Below, one piece after another: positions 1 through 9,366 of a stretch of 64,000 nucleotides of DNA (position 1 is the first letter of the stretch; each line of letters opens with the position of its first letter). The translations under genes were made by a program, and so were the position numbers. Where the stretch lies: positions 1 to 64,000 of the IMG/VR virus record IMGVR_UViG_3300032301_000632. One strand, written 5' to 3'. Source of the DNA: a virus (Duplodnaviria; Caudoviricetes). Below the pieces are notes generated by a model. It had not been told where the DNA came from. It searched no databases and saw only the letters and a list, made by a program, of their open reading frames with translations.

Positions 1-171
1 TAAACTCTCTAAGTTAAAGCTTAGTTAAAGTAGAGAATTGAAATTCTCTACAGTTTTATACAACGGAAAGCTATCTGAGTTTAAGAAGCAGCAAGCCAGT
101 TATGAGAAGCTAGTAGATAGTAATACAGATTTCATTAATCAGCTTAAATCACTTAATGATTTCTGGTAATA

Positions 172-402
172 TCATATTTCAAAGGTTGTAGATAGATAAG
201 TTTTTAGAAGCCGAGCGTTCTTTAATCGTTCTAGATTAATCTCACCTCGGTTTCTTAGTGTAGACCAACTATTAATCAAAATAGTTACATCATCTAATGT
301 ATACACTTCTAGAACAGTACGCATAAGTTCTGTATACGACATATGATTTCTAGCAGCAATCATCATTAAATCTTCTCTTATATTTTTACTACGCTTAGAC
401 AT
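172..402 (-). CDS. Small hypothetical protein, possibly ribbon-helix-helix DNA-binding
   Basis: 76-aa ORF diverging from 446; the segment LMMIAARNHMSYTELMRTVL resembles RHH helices (inference). Confidence 0.45.
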   Translation of the reverse strand: MSKRSKNIREDLMMIAARNHMSYTELMRTVLEVYTLDDVTILINSWSTLRNRGEINLERLKNARLLKTYLSTTFEI

Positions 403-445
403 TAGTTAGAATATATTTATAGTTTATTTTAAGTTTAACGTTAAA

Positions 446-1222
446 ATGTATAAAGTCAAGATTATAGAAGACACAATATTTAAGAACGCTGAGTCTAGTA
501 AGTTGAGCAGCACTATTCAAGCTAGTCAATTACCTAGTACTCAAACAGCCCCTATTTTAAAAGATAGAGATTTAGTATGCGATAGGTATGCAACTCTAGG
601 TAGCCACACTTTACTAAACTTATCCAGTGCTATACAAGGTAGAAAAGAATGGTTTGTATACACTCCACATATAAAAATTGAGGAGATGAGCCCGACTACT
701 ATACTTAACAATGAGAAGGTATTAAATGTTCGTTACTTTACTCAAAGAGATAATAGGAATGACCCATATGGAACATGTAATGTGACCTCTGTTGCTATGT
801 GCTTAGACTACTATGGTGTTAGACCAAAGGTAGTTGGAAAGCAACTAGAGGATGAACTGTTTGAATACATTAAAGCTAATAGGATGCAAGTTACATTACA
901 TTCTGATTTAGTTAAAGTATTTAAAGCATACGGGGTCACTAGTATATTCAGTACAACTACAGCATATCAAGATATAAAAAGATATTTACAAAAAGATTGT
1001 CCAGTGGTATTTAGTGGAAAGTTCACTCCACCTGGTCATATAGTTGTTATAGTAGGCTATAATGACGACGAAGGTTACTATATTGTCCATGACCCTTGGG
1101 GGGACTGGAATACAGGGTACACTAAACAAGATGGTAGATTTGTAAAATATAGTTATAGAGACATTTTTAACCTATCTTATAATGGTCCTAATGCTACTTG
1201 GGCTCACCTATTGAGCCGCTAA
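446..1222 (+). CDS. C39-like cysteine peptidase with cyanobacterial-type N-terminal domain (candidate cell-wall hydrolase)
   Basis: YFTQRDN...GTCNVTSVAM (Gln/Cys), GHIVVIVGY (His), VHDPWG (Asp); N-terminal IIEDTIFK...WFVYTPH resembles the domain on cyanobacterial envelope hydrolases. Confidence 0.85.
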   Translation: MYKVKIIEDTIFKNAESSKLSSTIQASQLPSTQTAPILKDRDLVCDRYATLGSHTLLNLSSAIQGRKEWFVYTPHIKIEEMSPTTILNNEKVLNVRYFTQRDNRNDPYGTCNVTSVAMCLDYYGVRPKVVGKQLEDELFEYIKANRMQVTLHSDLVKVFKAYGVTSIFSTTTAYQDIKRYLQKDCPVVFSGKFTPPGHIVVIVGYNDDEGYYIVHDPWGDWNTGYTKQDGRFVKYSYRDIFNLSYNGPNATWAHLLSR

Positions 1223-1275
1223 TATCTACACCACAAGTCAGTAGCTGTAGCTGGCAGTCCTGTATCAGTTTTATA

Positions 1276-1307
1276 GACCCCGGCATTCTATGCTTGGGGA
1301 GTTTCAA
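1276..1307 (+). other. Imperfect GC-rich hairpin followed by AGTTTCAA; terminator or IS200/IS605-like right-end remnant
   Basis: CCCCGGCAT-TCT-ATGCTTGGGG-AGTTTCAA in the intergenic gap. Confidence 0.35.
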
Positions 1308-1343
1308 ATATTAGAAATTATTATTAAAAGAGAATAACGTGAC

Positions 1344-1817
1344 ATGACACAGTTTAATTTAGTAATTGTAGACAAGATTTTTGATTTAATAAAAGAAGAA
1401 GATTTAAATACCAAATTTGGAAAATATAAACTTCAACATAAACTTAAATTAATGCAAAGCATGTACCCCAACAACTCTACTATCTCTGAGACAGTAAATT
1501 ATATTATAGATAACATGCTTTGTAAGCCAGTATATATTGAAGACCCACAAAGGTTTGTTAATTTAAGAAGTCACTATACTGAACAAGAAGTTAAAAATAT
1601 TAACAAAATCTTTGGATTTGTGGCTAATAATGAAGAACTTAATGAAAACTTATTAGAGTTTGGGTATAGGCAAAATGAGAACATACCTGGAGCTAGAGAT
1701 TTATACTATGAATTAAAGTGGAAATATTTTAGACCAAATCAGTTTAACTCTGAATTAGAAGAAAAACAAGCTAGAAATTTAGGAGACATGGTAAATTATG
1801 CATCTGAACAACAATGA
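1344..1817 (+). CDS. Hypothetical protein
   Basis: 157-aa ORF overlapping the next ORF, with typical codon usage. Confidence 0.7.
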   Translation: MTQFNLVIVDKIFDLIKEEDLNTKFGKYKLQHKLKLMQSMYPNNSTISETVNYIIDNMLCKPVYIEDPQRFVNLRSHYTEQEVKNINKIFGFVANNEELNENLLEFGYRQNENIPGARDLYYELKWKYFRPNQFNSELEEKQARNLGDMVNYASEQQ

Positions 1818-2313
1818 GTTAATAGTCAGCCAAGAGAATAGAGATACCAGCCCCATAGAGATAATAGATAACTTTTTATGGTTTGAGGGATATTCTAAAT
1901 TTAAGACTTCTTGGTGTATGTTATTTTTAGCTGGTATATTTCTTCAACCACACTATAATGAGATTGAGGTTAATATGGACAGTATTTACCAGTCAGCTTT
2001 ATATGCTTGGGACCTTCATCATCTACCACATATGGAGAACGGTATACCTGTTCCACTTCCTCCAGCATTGTACCAAATGGAAGAAGCAGCTAGATACTTT
2101 ATACATAAAAGAGTAGTTGTCTCTAAATTAACAGCAGCAACAAAGACTAAAGAAGAATTTTTATCAGAAGCAGCAATAAATAAAATTAGATTATTAAATG
2201 GAGCACATTCAATTAGTCCTCAGTATAACAATAATATACCAGTACAGTATACAAAACCTCTGACAACTAAGTCATTATTAGGTAAAATAATTAAACTAAT
2301 ACAGGGAAGGTAA
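1798..2313 (+). CDS. Hypothetical protein
   Basis: 171-aa ORF, stop codon 1 nt before the helicase start. Confidence 0.7.
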   Translation: MHLNNNELIVSQENRDTSPIEIIDNFLWFEGYSKFKTSWCMLFLAGIFLQPHYNEIEVNMDSIYQSALYAWDLHHLPHMENGIPVPLPPALYQMEEAARYFIHKRVVVSKLTAATKTKEEFLSEAAINKIRLLNGAHSISPQYNNNIPVQYTKPLTTKSLLGKIIKLIQGR

Positions 2314-2314
2314 A

Positions 2315-3841
2315 ATGATAAAAACCTTAAATAGCAGTAAAACTGAAAAAGATTTAATTAAATTTAAGTATGACGGGGCTTACTGTGAAATCATAGGCTC
2401 ATCAGATGAACTATTACAGAATATAGCCAGACTTATCCTAACTTACACTGACCACAAAATATCGTACGCTAATAAATTTAGTAGAAAAACTTATTTACCT
2501 AGTGACCAAGTTTGTTTACTAAAAAATAATAAGTTCTTTACTGGACTTTTACCTAGAGTATCCTATGCTTATAGTAATAGAGGATTAAGGTGTGAGTTTG
2601 AGAGTCTAATAAATGGGGTGTTACCTGTACAGTTAGAATTACCAGACCACTTATGGGAACATCAGAAAAGAATTATTGCTCAAGCTTTAGATGTAAGAAG
2701 AGGAGTGGTGCAGTCAGCTACAGGGTCAGGAAAAACTCTAACAGCAGCTTGGTTAGCTAAACACTTTCCCACAGAAAACATATTGTTTGTTGTGCCAGAT
2801 GAACAAATACTTCATCATAATGTTAGAGCATTAACCGAAGTATTAGAAGAAAATATAGGACAAATATCTGGCAAGACTAAAAGATGGGAAAGAGTTACCG
2901 TTGGAATAATTAACTCTCTCTTTAGAGCTGTAGATACTAATCCTGAAAAATTTAAAGAGATTACCGTACTTATAGTTGATGAAGCTCATAGATGTGGTAA
3001 CACTAAGATGTATAAGACAGTCTGTAACAGTTTAGTTAACACCGGTTATAGAATAGGGTTTAGTGCAACAGGGTGGAGGGAAGCAGGAGATAACCTAGTT
3101 ATGGAAGGTTTATTAGGTCCAACTATTATCAAAGTTACTCCAGAAGAGCTAACTAATTTAGGTGTGCTAGTCAAACCTAAATTCTATATGGTTAGTATCC
3201 CCGACTCTAATAAACTCTACAGTAACTATAGTTCAATCTCACATACTTATCTAACTCCTAATCAAAAGCCAATTAGATTAGAGGTGTATAGACAAGAGAT
3301 TATAAATAATCCTATACGTAACAGGTGTATAGCTGACATAACTAAATGGTATTTACAGACTAAAATTAACGGGTCTGCACTAATCTTAGTGGAGAATATA
3401 GAACATGGAGAAATTATTCAAGATTTACTACAGAAAGAATTAGGTATAGCTGTACCCTACGTTCATGGAAAAAGTCATATTAGAGAGAGAGAAGAAGTTT
3501 TAGAGAAACTAAACTCACAAGAATTAAAAGTAGTAGTAGCTTCAGCTATCTTTAATGAAGGGAAAGACATCAAAAGTTTAGGGATGTTGATTATAGCAGG
3601 AGGAGGGCAAGCCTCCTCTAAGCTTTTACAGCAAGTAGGTAGAGTTACTAGAACTGCTAAATCAAAAACATCTTGTTTAGTATTTGATTTCTTTGATGAG
3701 GAACAGTTCTACTTAAGTGCTAACTCAGTAAAAAGGAAAAAAACATTTGACACATTTTTCAGTAACAGCTCTTATAAAGTAAAATTAGAGAAGCTTTCTG
3801 AGGTATTAAATGACATACAGCAAAATAAGGGACAAACTTAG
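2315..3841 (+). CDS. Superfamily 2 DExH helicase (UvsW/ResIII-like)
   Basis: LWEHQ Q-motif, QSATGSGKT Walker A, IVDEAHR Walker B, GFSAT motif III, FNEGKDI, QQVGRVTR motif VI. Confidence 0.93.
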   Translation: MIKTLNSSKTEKDLIKFKYDGAYCEIIGSSDELLQNIARLILTYTDHKISYANKFSRKTYLPSDQVCLLKNNKFFTGLLPRVSYAYSNRGLRCEFESLINGVLPVQLELPDHLWEHQKRIIAQALDVRRGVVQSATGSGKTLTAAWLAKHFPTENILFVVPDEQILHHNVRALTEVLEENIGQISGKTKRWERVTVGIINSLFRAVDTNPEKFKEITVLIVDEAHRCGNTKMYKTVCNSLVNTGYRIGFSATGWREAGDNLVMEGLLGPTIIKVTPEELTNLGVLVKPKFYMVSIPDSNKLYSNYSSISHTYLTPNQKPIRLEVYRQEIINNPIRNRCIADITKWYLQTKINGSALILVENIEHGEIIQDLLQKELGIAVPYVHGKSHIREREEVLEKLNSQELKVVVASAIFNEGKDIKSLGMLIIAGGGQASSKLLQQVGRVTRTAKSKTSCLVFDFFDEEQFYLSANSVKRKKTFDTFFSNSSYKVKLEKLSEVLNDIQQNKGQT

Positions 3842-5030
3842 TCTCACAGAAATAGTCAAAGGAGAAACAGGTATGACACTCCATCAAGGAGTTAATGATT
3901 GCCCTGTCTGTAAACGTAAGAAAAAGTTTTACGTTTACTCAGATAAGGCATATAAATGTTTTCATCCTAGCTGTGACGCTAATAGTGGTGGAGATGTTTG
4001 GTCACTATTAACTTGTATGGGGGTAACAGAGAGTTTTAAACAAAGTTATCTCACTACTAGTAAATACGTCTCAGCTGATAGAGAAATATTAGAGGAGCAC
4101 CGCTATACCAATTTAGCTAAGTTATTCACCTTTGCTAAAGAACAAGCTGCTCTAAAAGAAGGTAACAAAGCAATTGAGTACTTAAAAGAACGTAATATCT
4201 ATACTCCTGAATTAGAATATGGCTATATCCCATATAAAGGATTGCTACCTTTTTTCTCAAAAGAGATTCTTGAGACCTGTGGTGTATTAAATAGTAATGG
4301 TAGAGAATTATTCAATGGGCGAATAATCTTTCCTTTTTATGACAAATATAATAATATCGTTCATATACAAGGAAGGACACTAAATCCTAAAGAAGAACTT
4401 CGATGGATTTCTTCAACTACTTTACCTGGTATGCTCTCTATCAATAATTATGTTTATAACTATATTGATATACAAGATACAGTAGTATTGTGTGAAGGTG
4501 TAACAGATACATTAAGTTTATCAGCAATAGGAGTACCAGCTATAGGGTGTACTGGTTTAGAAACTAATTTAGTCAGAGCAATTGGGAGTTCAAAGATTTC
4601 TAATCTAGTAGCAATATTCGATAATGATAAGTTTCCAATAGGTTATGGAAACTTAAGTGGGCAATATAAATCCTGGTCAAGTATACTTAAAAAGCTTGTT
4701 GAGTTAAAAGAGTATAAACCGGAGTTAAATATTTGGTGCTGCTCAATCCCTACTAGAGTAGGTAAGGATATAAATGATTGGCTAGTAAATGGACTAACAA
4801 AAGATATGTTTAATAAACACTTAAAAGAAAATAGTGTGCTTGCATCTTCTTTTGCTATAGATATCTTCAAAGATAATATAGAGAATCATGTATTAATGTG
4901 GAGATGGGCTTTACAACAAGAAAATTGTGTAGAAAAAATTGACAACTATGTAAAAGATAATTACAGTAGTGTCGGCAGCTATTTAATGGAGCTTTTTGGA
5001 AATGGAAATATATTTAGCCTCAGCAGGTGA
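3810..5030 (+). CDS. dnaG: DnaG-like DNA primase (Zn finger + TOPRIM)
   Basis: CPVC...CFHPSC Zn finger, FNGRIIFPF, QGRTL, VLCEGVTD and AIFDND TOPRIM motifs, KDINDW. Confidence 0.9.
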   Translation: MTYSKIRDKLSLTEIVKGETGMTLHQGVNDCPVCKRKKKFYVYSDKAYKCFHPSCDANSGGDVWSLLTCMGVTESFKQSYLTTSKYVSADREILEEHRYTNLAKLFTFAKEQAALKEGNKAIEYLKERNIYTPELEYGYIPYKGLLPFFSKEILETCGVLNSNGRELFNGRIIFPFYDKYNNIVHIQGRTLNPKEELRWISSTTLPGMLSINNYVYNYIDIQDTVVLCEGVTDTLSLSAIGVPAIGCTGLETNLVRAIGSSKISNLVAIFDNDKFPIGYGNLSGQYKSWSSILKKLVELKEYKPELNIWCCSIPTRVGKDINDWLVNGLTKDMFNKHLKENSVLASSFAIDIFKDNIENHVLMWRWALQQENCVEKIDNYVKDNYSSVGSYLMELFGNGNIFSLSR

Positions 5031-5808
5031 AGAGCAGCTGTTAGGTAATGTATACATAGCAGCTGGATTTGTAATTAATAAACTTGACCCCGAGTGTATA
5101 CAACAAAATTATAGACGACACAGAGGAATTATGAGGCAAGTATATAAAGATAAATACACTGTTATTAAAGGAGTTGCTCAGTATACTGGGGATAAAGAGA
5201 GTTTAAATAAAAGAATCTTACGTGTTAAAGAGCATCTTTTATTTAAACTTAGCACAATGGTAAAGATAGACCTAATACACATTGCTACTAAACACAACTA
5301 TAGACCAACAATGTGGGATATACAGCCAGGTAATAATAACACTCTACCTCCAGAATGGTTTTTATTTAAAGATATAGCCTATCTTACTAGGTCAGCACAT
5401 TTACAAACCTTAAACATTATTTACCCGCAACGTAAATTTCTACATCATAGAGGGTATTCTGGTACTCCCTTTTACTTAGAGACGTTAGAAAACGGTTTAA
5501 CACCGTATCATCATAGTGATGTACCAGAAAATATAATATCTTTTGTTAAAAAATGTCTACTAACAAAAGACATTCGAGCACTCAAGTTTAGAAAATATTT
5601 TGTTAGATTACCCAAGTGGTGGCAAACTAGATATCAAGTAACATCATTGTTAGACTATCTAGATACTAATGAACAGTTGTTGTATAAACAATTATTTTCT
5701 GAGATTAGGTCAGGTAAAAGAAAAGGCTTTAGATATTCTACTAACGCTAAAACACAAAAACAGCAGGAGATATTTCAAAAATGGCTGACACTAAATCCAC
5801 CCGTATAA
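4996..5808 (+). CDS. RNase HII-like protein lacking catalytic acidic residues (likely ATG at 5002)
   Basis: AYLTRSAHLQTLNIIYPQRKFLHHRGYSGT...NGLTPYHHS matches the RNase HII C-terminal pattern; LASAGEEQLLGNVYIAA aligns to the VDEAGRGPLAGPVVAAA motif with D/E lost. Confidence 0.55.
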   Translation: MEMEIYLASAGEEQLLGNVYIAAGFVINKLDPECIQQNYRRHRGIMRQVYKDKYTVIKGVAQYTGDKESLNKRILRVKEHLLFKLSTMVKIDLIHIATKHNYRPTMWDIQPGNNNTLPPEWFLFKDIAYLTRSAHLQTLNIIYPQRKFLHHRGYSGTPFYLETLENGLTPYHHSDVPENIISFVKKCLLTKDIRALKFRKYFVRLPKWWQTRYQVTSLLDYLDTNEQLLYKQLFSEIRSGKRKGFRYSTNAKTQKQQEIFQKWLTLNPPV

Positions 5809-6227
5809 GTTATAACCAATTCATTGCTCAAGTCTTTCTTCACTATGGTCATCTTCCCACAACTGTAGAGAGTGTTGCTGCTTACGATAACTGTATAACA
5901 TATAAAATAATGAAGTATATAGATACGTTATCAACATTAGGCAGTGATAGATGTTTACCTTTTAGTGAGATTAATCAGATAGCTAACTACTACATATCAT
6001 CTCTCTTCGCTCTAAATATATACAAGAATGAGACCCCTAATAGGGTATGCCCCCAACTAAAACTAGAAATAAAAAGTTCCATTGGGTTAGTAAATTATGA
6101 GTTAGCTAGTAATTTAGGTTTAGCCTTATTATATCCTGACTCTAAAAATACAGAGAGTATTCTAGAAGAGTTGAAATTTAACACCACGATTATTAAACCA
6201 GCAATACTAAGATGTGTATACTATTAG
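5781..6227 (+). CDS. Hypothetical protein
   Basis: 148-aa ORF overlapping both neighbours. Confidence 0.65.
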   Translation: MADTKSTRISYNQFIAQVFLHYGHLPTTVESVAAYDNCITYKIMKYIDTLSTLGSDRCLPFSEINQIANYYISSLFALNIYKNETPNRVCPQLKLEIKSSIGLVNYELASNLGLALLYPDSKNTESILEELKFNTTIIKPAILRCVYY

Positions 6228-6742
6228 GGTTAGACCAGTCATTAACTTCAACAGGGGTATGTGTAGCAGAGTTAGATAATAATCAATATTTAACTTTTAA
6301 ACAATTAGCTGTTATTAAAACAAAATCTAAAGAATCAATACCTGCTAGGTTATCACATATAAAAACTGAAATAGAAAAATTAGTTTTTATATATCAACCT
6401 AATATAGTATTTTTAGAGGATGTATACACCCCTAGAGCACACTTTAATGCTTGGAGTTCTTTATTAGGAGTTAGAGCAGTGTTAAGTACATACTTCTATG
6501 AGAACAATATACAGCAATATAATATTCCTGTTAAAGAATGGAGAAAAACTACGGGCTATACTGATAAATCAGATTACTTAAATTATATACGTAGTTCTAA
6601 CACAGATAAAATATTTTCTAATGAACACGTATGCGAGTCAATAGGCGTTCTTATTGGGGGAATTTATAGTATACTTAATGTACATACTATACTAGATTTA
6701 CCCAATGTCATTAAATCTTACAAACATAACAAGCTACTCTAG
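6212..6742 (+). CDS. ruvC: RuvC-like Holliday junction resolvase
   Basis: LLGLDQSLTSTGVCV, RL..I...I..L...YQPNIVFLED and C-terminal HVCESIGV follow the RuvC motif order. Confidence 0.8.
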   Translation: MCILLGLDQSLTSTGVCVAELDNNQYLTFKQLAVIKTKSKESIPARLSHIKTEIEKLVFIYQPNIVFLEDVYTPRAHFNAWSSLLGVRAVLSTYFYENNIQQYNIPVKEWRKTTGYTDKSDYLNYIRSSNTDKIFSNEHVCESIGVLIGGIYSILNVHTILDLPNVIKSYKHNKLL

Positions 6743-7766
6743 ATTAGAATCTTACCTAAAATGCAGCAAATACTTTGAGCATAAATATGTACTAAAGACT
6801 GCTATAGATAATATTGGATTCAATAAATATTACTTCATGGGTTCATACGCTCATGAAGTATTAGAAGAGTATTTACTAGATAATAATAAAATACCAGAAG
6901 AAATATTTAAGAGCTTATTAAAAACTAAATTAGAAGAATTAGATGTTTATTTTAATCCTGAAGAAATAAAAAAAACGTATGAACTAGTTAAAGTATTAGG
7001 GACATACATTTACTATTGTACTAGTAGATGTCAAGACAAAACAAAAATAATTAGAAATAATAATGGGTCAGTACCTAAAGATGTCCAAAATTCTCCTCCT
7101 AGTGCTTTTAGAAAAGCGTTACAAGACGAGGGTGTATACAACCATTTAAACCAGATTGACTTAGACGCAACTAACTATAACTACATTCTAATTGAGAATT
7201 CATTATGTTGGATGTTAGCTACTGTCTATTCAATGATTGTAGATTATACAGTACCTAGTTGGATAAAAGAAACAGTCTTTGTAGAATTACCTATCTCTAC
7301 TAATGAACTTAATGAAGTAATATTGCCTAATACAACAGTTAAGATTAATGGATTTATTGACTGGATTGTTAGAGACCATCAAAATAGAGTATACATTATT
7401 GACCACAAAACATCTAAAGACAAGTTAAGACCAGTAGATGTTCTATATCATTCTCAACTTAATCTATACGGGTACTGTTATGAGAAGATATATGGAGAGA
7501 AACCATACGGTATTGGTATACATAATTTAAGAGCAGGAGAAATTACTCTAGCTCAATACACTCCAGAGATAAGTCATCTGTTAGTTGACCATTTATCTAG
7601 TGTATACCTATCTACAGAACAAGGTGTATACGTAAAACAAAAACCAACCTCATATGAAACACCTTGTTATAAAAGAGATTGGAAGACAAACAGAGTAACT
7701 TCAACATGCGAGTATATAGATAAATGCTGGGCAAGTTATGCAGATAGATTAATGGAATTCGGTTAA
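6705..7766 (+). CDS. PD-(D/E)XK exonuclease, RecB/AddB/Cas4-like, with probable 4-Cys Fe-S cage
   Basis: SYSRLESYLKC, G...H..LE, VELPI, INGFIDWI, IIDHKTS, QLNLY, C-terminal PC...TCEYIDKC. Confidence 0.88.
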   Translation: MSLNLTNITSYSRLESYLKCSKYFEHKYVLKTAIDNIGFNKYYFMGSYAHEVLEEYLLDNNKIPEEIFKSLLKTKLEELDVYFNPEEIKKTYELVKVLGTYIYYCTSRCQDKTKIIRNNNGSVPKDVQNSPPSAFRKALQDEGVYNHLNQIDLDATNYNYILIENSLCWMLATVYSMIVDYTVPSWIKETVFVELPISTNELNEVILPNTTVKINGFIDWIVRDHQNRVYIIDHKTSKDKLRPVDVLYHSQLNLYGYCYEKIYGEKPYGIGIHNLRAGEITLAQYTPEISHLLVDHLSSVYLSTEQGVYVKQKPTSYETPCYKRDWKTNRVTSTCEYIDKCWASYADRLMEFG

Positions 7767-7821
7767 TATAGTCTATATTAGAATTTAGATTGTCAAAACT
7801 AACAATTATAAAAAAATAAGC

Positions 7822-8577
7822 ATGTTAAGAAATAAAAATGAAAAAGTCTCTAAGAGAGACTTAGCAGCAGCTATTCAGTCAATTGAAGGATTAACAGCAA
7901 CCCAAGCTAAAAGACTAGTGAGTATTGTATTTGAGCATATAGCTTTATTATTGGCTGAAGGTAAAACTGTTGATTTAATGGGCTTTGGAAAAATTTATGC
8001 TTACTATGTAAAACCTCGCAAAGGTACACACCCTAAGAAAGGTCATGAGATAGACGTTCCAGCATCAGTACGAGTTAAAATTACTACCTCATCTAGACTA
8101 AAAAGAATATTAGCACAAGAGATAAATAGATTTGCCTGTATCTATGAAGGAGACCATGAGACCTATAAAGATAAAGAGATAGATTACAAACTGCCTAAAG
8201 CTGTAAATGTGGAGGAATATAAAAAAGAGAAAAAGACTAGCCCACATTTAATTAGTTCAAGTTTATTTAATTACTTAAAGTCTGACTTTGTTAATGGTGA
8301 GCCTTGGATACACCCAACTAAAGGGACTGTATACAGCTCAAAACTAATTGAAGAGAAGTTACTAATTGTAAGAAAAGCCCGCCCTGAATGTTATAAAGTA
8401 CTATATGCAATGTGGACAACTAACACTGGAAAGCTATTAATGGCTGAGAAGTTTTTTATCTCTCAATCTACTATTAAACGTAGAGCTGATACTGCTATTA
8501 ATACACTTCTTCTTTTAATTATGTACCCTAACTTAGAGCCTGAGACAGTAGTTTACAACTTTTATGAGGACGTGTAA
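7822..8577 (+). CDS. HU/IHF DNA-binding domain fused to a C-terminal HTH-like domain
   Basis: aa 8-98 KRDLAAAI...GKTVDLMGFGKIY...PRKGTHPKKGHEIDVPA is classic HU; C-terminal LLMAEKFFISQSTIKRR is HTH-like. Confidence 0.85.
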   Translation: MLRNKNEKVSKRDLAAAIQSIEGLTATQAKRLVSIVFEHIALLLAEGKTVDLMGFGKIYAYYVKPRKGTHPKKGHEIDVPASVRVKITTSSRLKRILAQEINRFACIYEGDHETYKDKEIDYKLPKAVNVEEYKKEKKTSPHLISSSLFNYLKSDFVNGEPWIHPTKGTVYSSKLIEEKLLIVRKARPECYKVLYAMWTTNTGKLLMAEKFFISQSTIKRRADTAINTLLLLIMYPNLEPETVVYNFYEDV

Positions 8578-8580
8578 GTA

Positions 8581-9288
8581 ATGTCAATAAACAACGCTCT
8601 AGGGCTACTAGAAGAGATTTCACAAGTGAGTGAGGAATTAAGGTCCTTAAGTGAAACAATCTCTGCCTCTGAGTCAGATAAAGCTCTTCTAGAAAGATTA
8701 GGGAGTAGGTTAGATGGTGTTTTAAAAATACTAGATTCTGATGCGGCTCCTATTGAAATGTTTAATACTCCATCTTTAGCAGGCAATAAATATGTAAGTA
8801 TCATAGAGAAGTTAGGGCTTACAGGAGAGATTATACACTGTCGTAAACTTAATATGCCTATCGCCACTATTGCTCAGCAGTTTAAATTATCTAAAGAGAC
8901 TGTTAGTAGATTTTTAAAGTACTACGACAAACAGAATGCTGTACAGAAATCCAAGTATGAAGGTAGGTCTATCTTTGATACAACTGACCGACTAGAGGAG
9001 TTACAAACTTTAATATTAAGAAATATATATAGATTAGAAGGATGTAATGATAACGTTGCGGTAAAATATGTTGGAGAATTAAGGCAATGTTTGGTTTTAG
9101 CTGTTAGTATAACAGAGAAGATGGCTAATGCTAAAGCATTAACAGAACTAAGAGAACTCGTCGCTTCAGTTTTATTGGCAGAATTACCTCATAAGAGACG
9201 TGATATTCTGGATAAAATAAAAACGGTAACTAGTTTAACAACTTCTTTAATGCCAGGGAGTACTATACAAAATACTTACCCCGAATAA
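8581..9288 (+). CDS. HTH-containing helical protein
   Basis: MPIATIAQQFKLSKETVSRFL helix-turn-helix pattern flanked by coiled-coil-like segments. Confidence 0.6.
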   Translation: MSINNALGLLEEISQVSEELRSLSETISASESDKALLERLGSRLDGVLKILDSDAAPIEMFNTPSLAGNKYVSIIEKLGLTGEIIHCRKLNMPIATIAQQFKLSKETVSRFLKYYDKQNAVQKSKYEGRSIFDTTDRLEELQTLILRNIYRLEGCNDNVAVKYVGELRQCLVLAVSITEKMANAKALTELRELVASVLLAELPHKRRDILDKIKTVTSLTTSLMPGSTIQNTYPE

Positions 9289-9366
9289 ATAATTGACTAA
9301 TTTTCATTAGGGTTAAGAAGTTATAGTAGTATTAGTTCAGTAATAACAAGAGAATAAAAAAACATT

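Noticed and set aside
1..169. Possible gene end on the + strand at the window start (about 45 open codons ending at 169)
   Set aside because: An in-frame TAA at 26-28 and no clear start codon; cannot be supported without upstream sequence
6705..7766. Cas4-like nuclease as evidence of a CRISPR-Cas system
   Set aside because: No repeat-spacer array or other cas genes were seen; solo PD-(D/E)XK nucleases are common in phage replication modules
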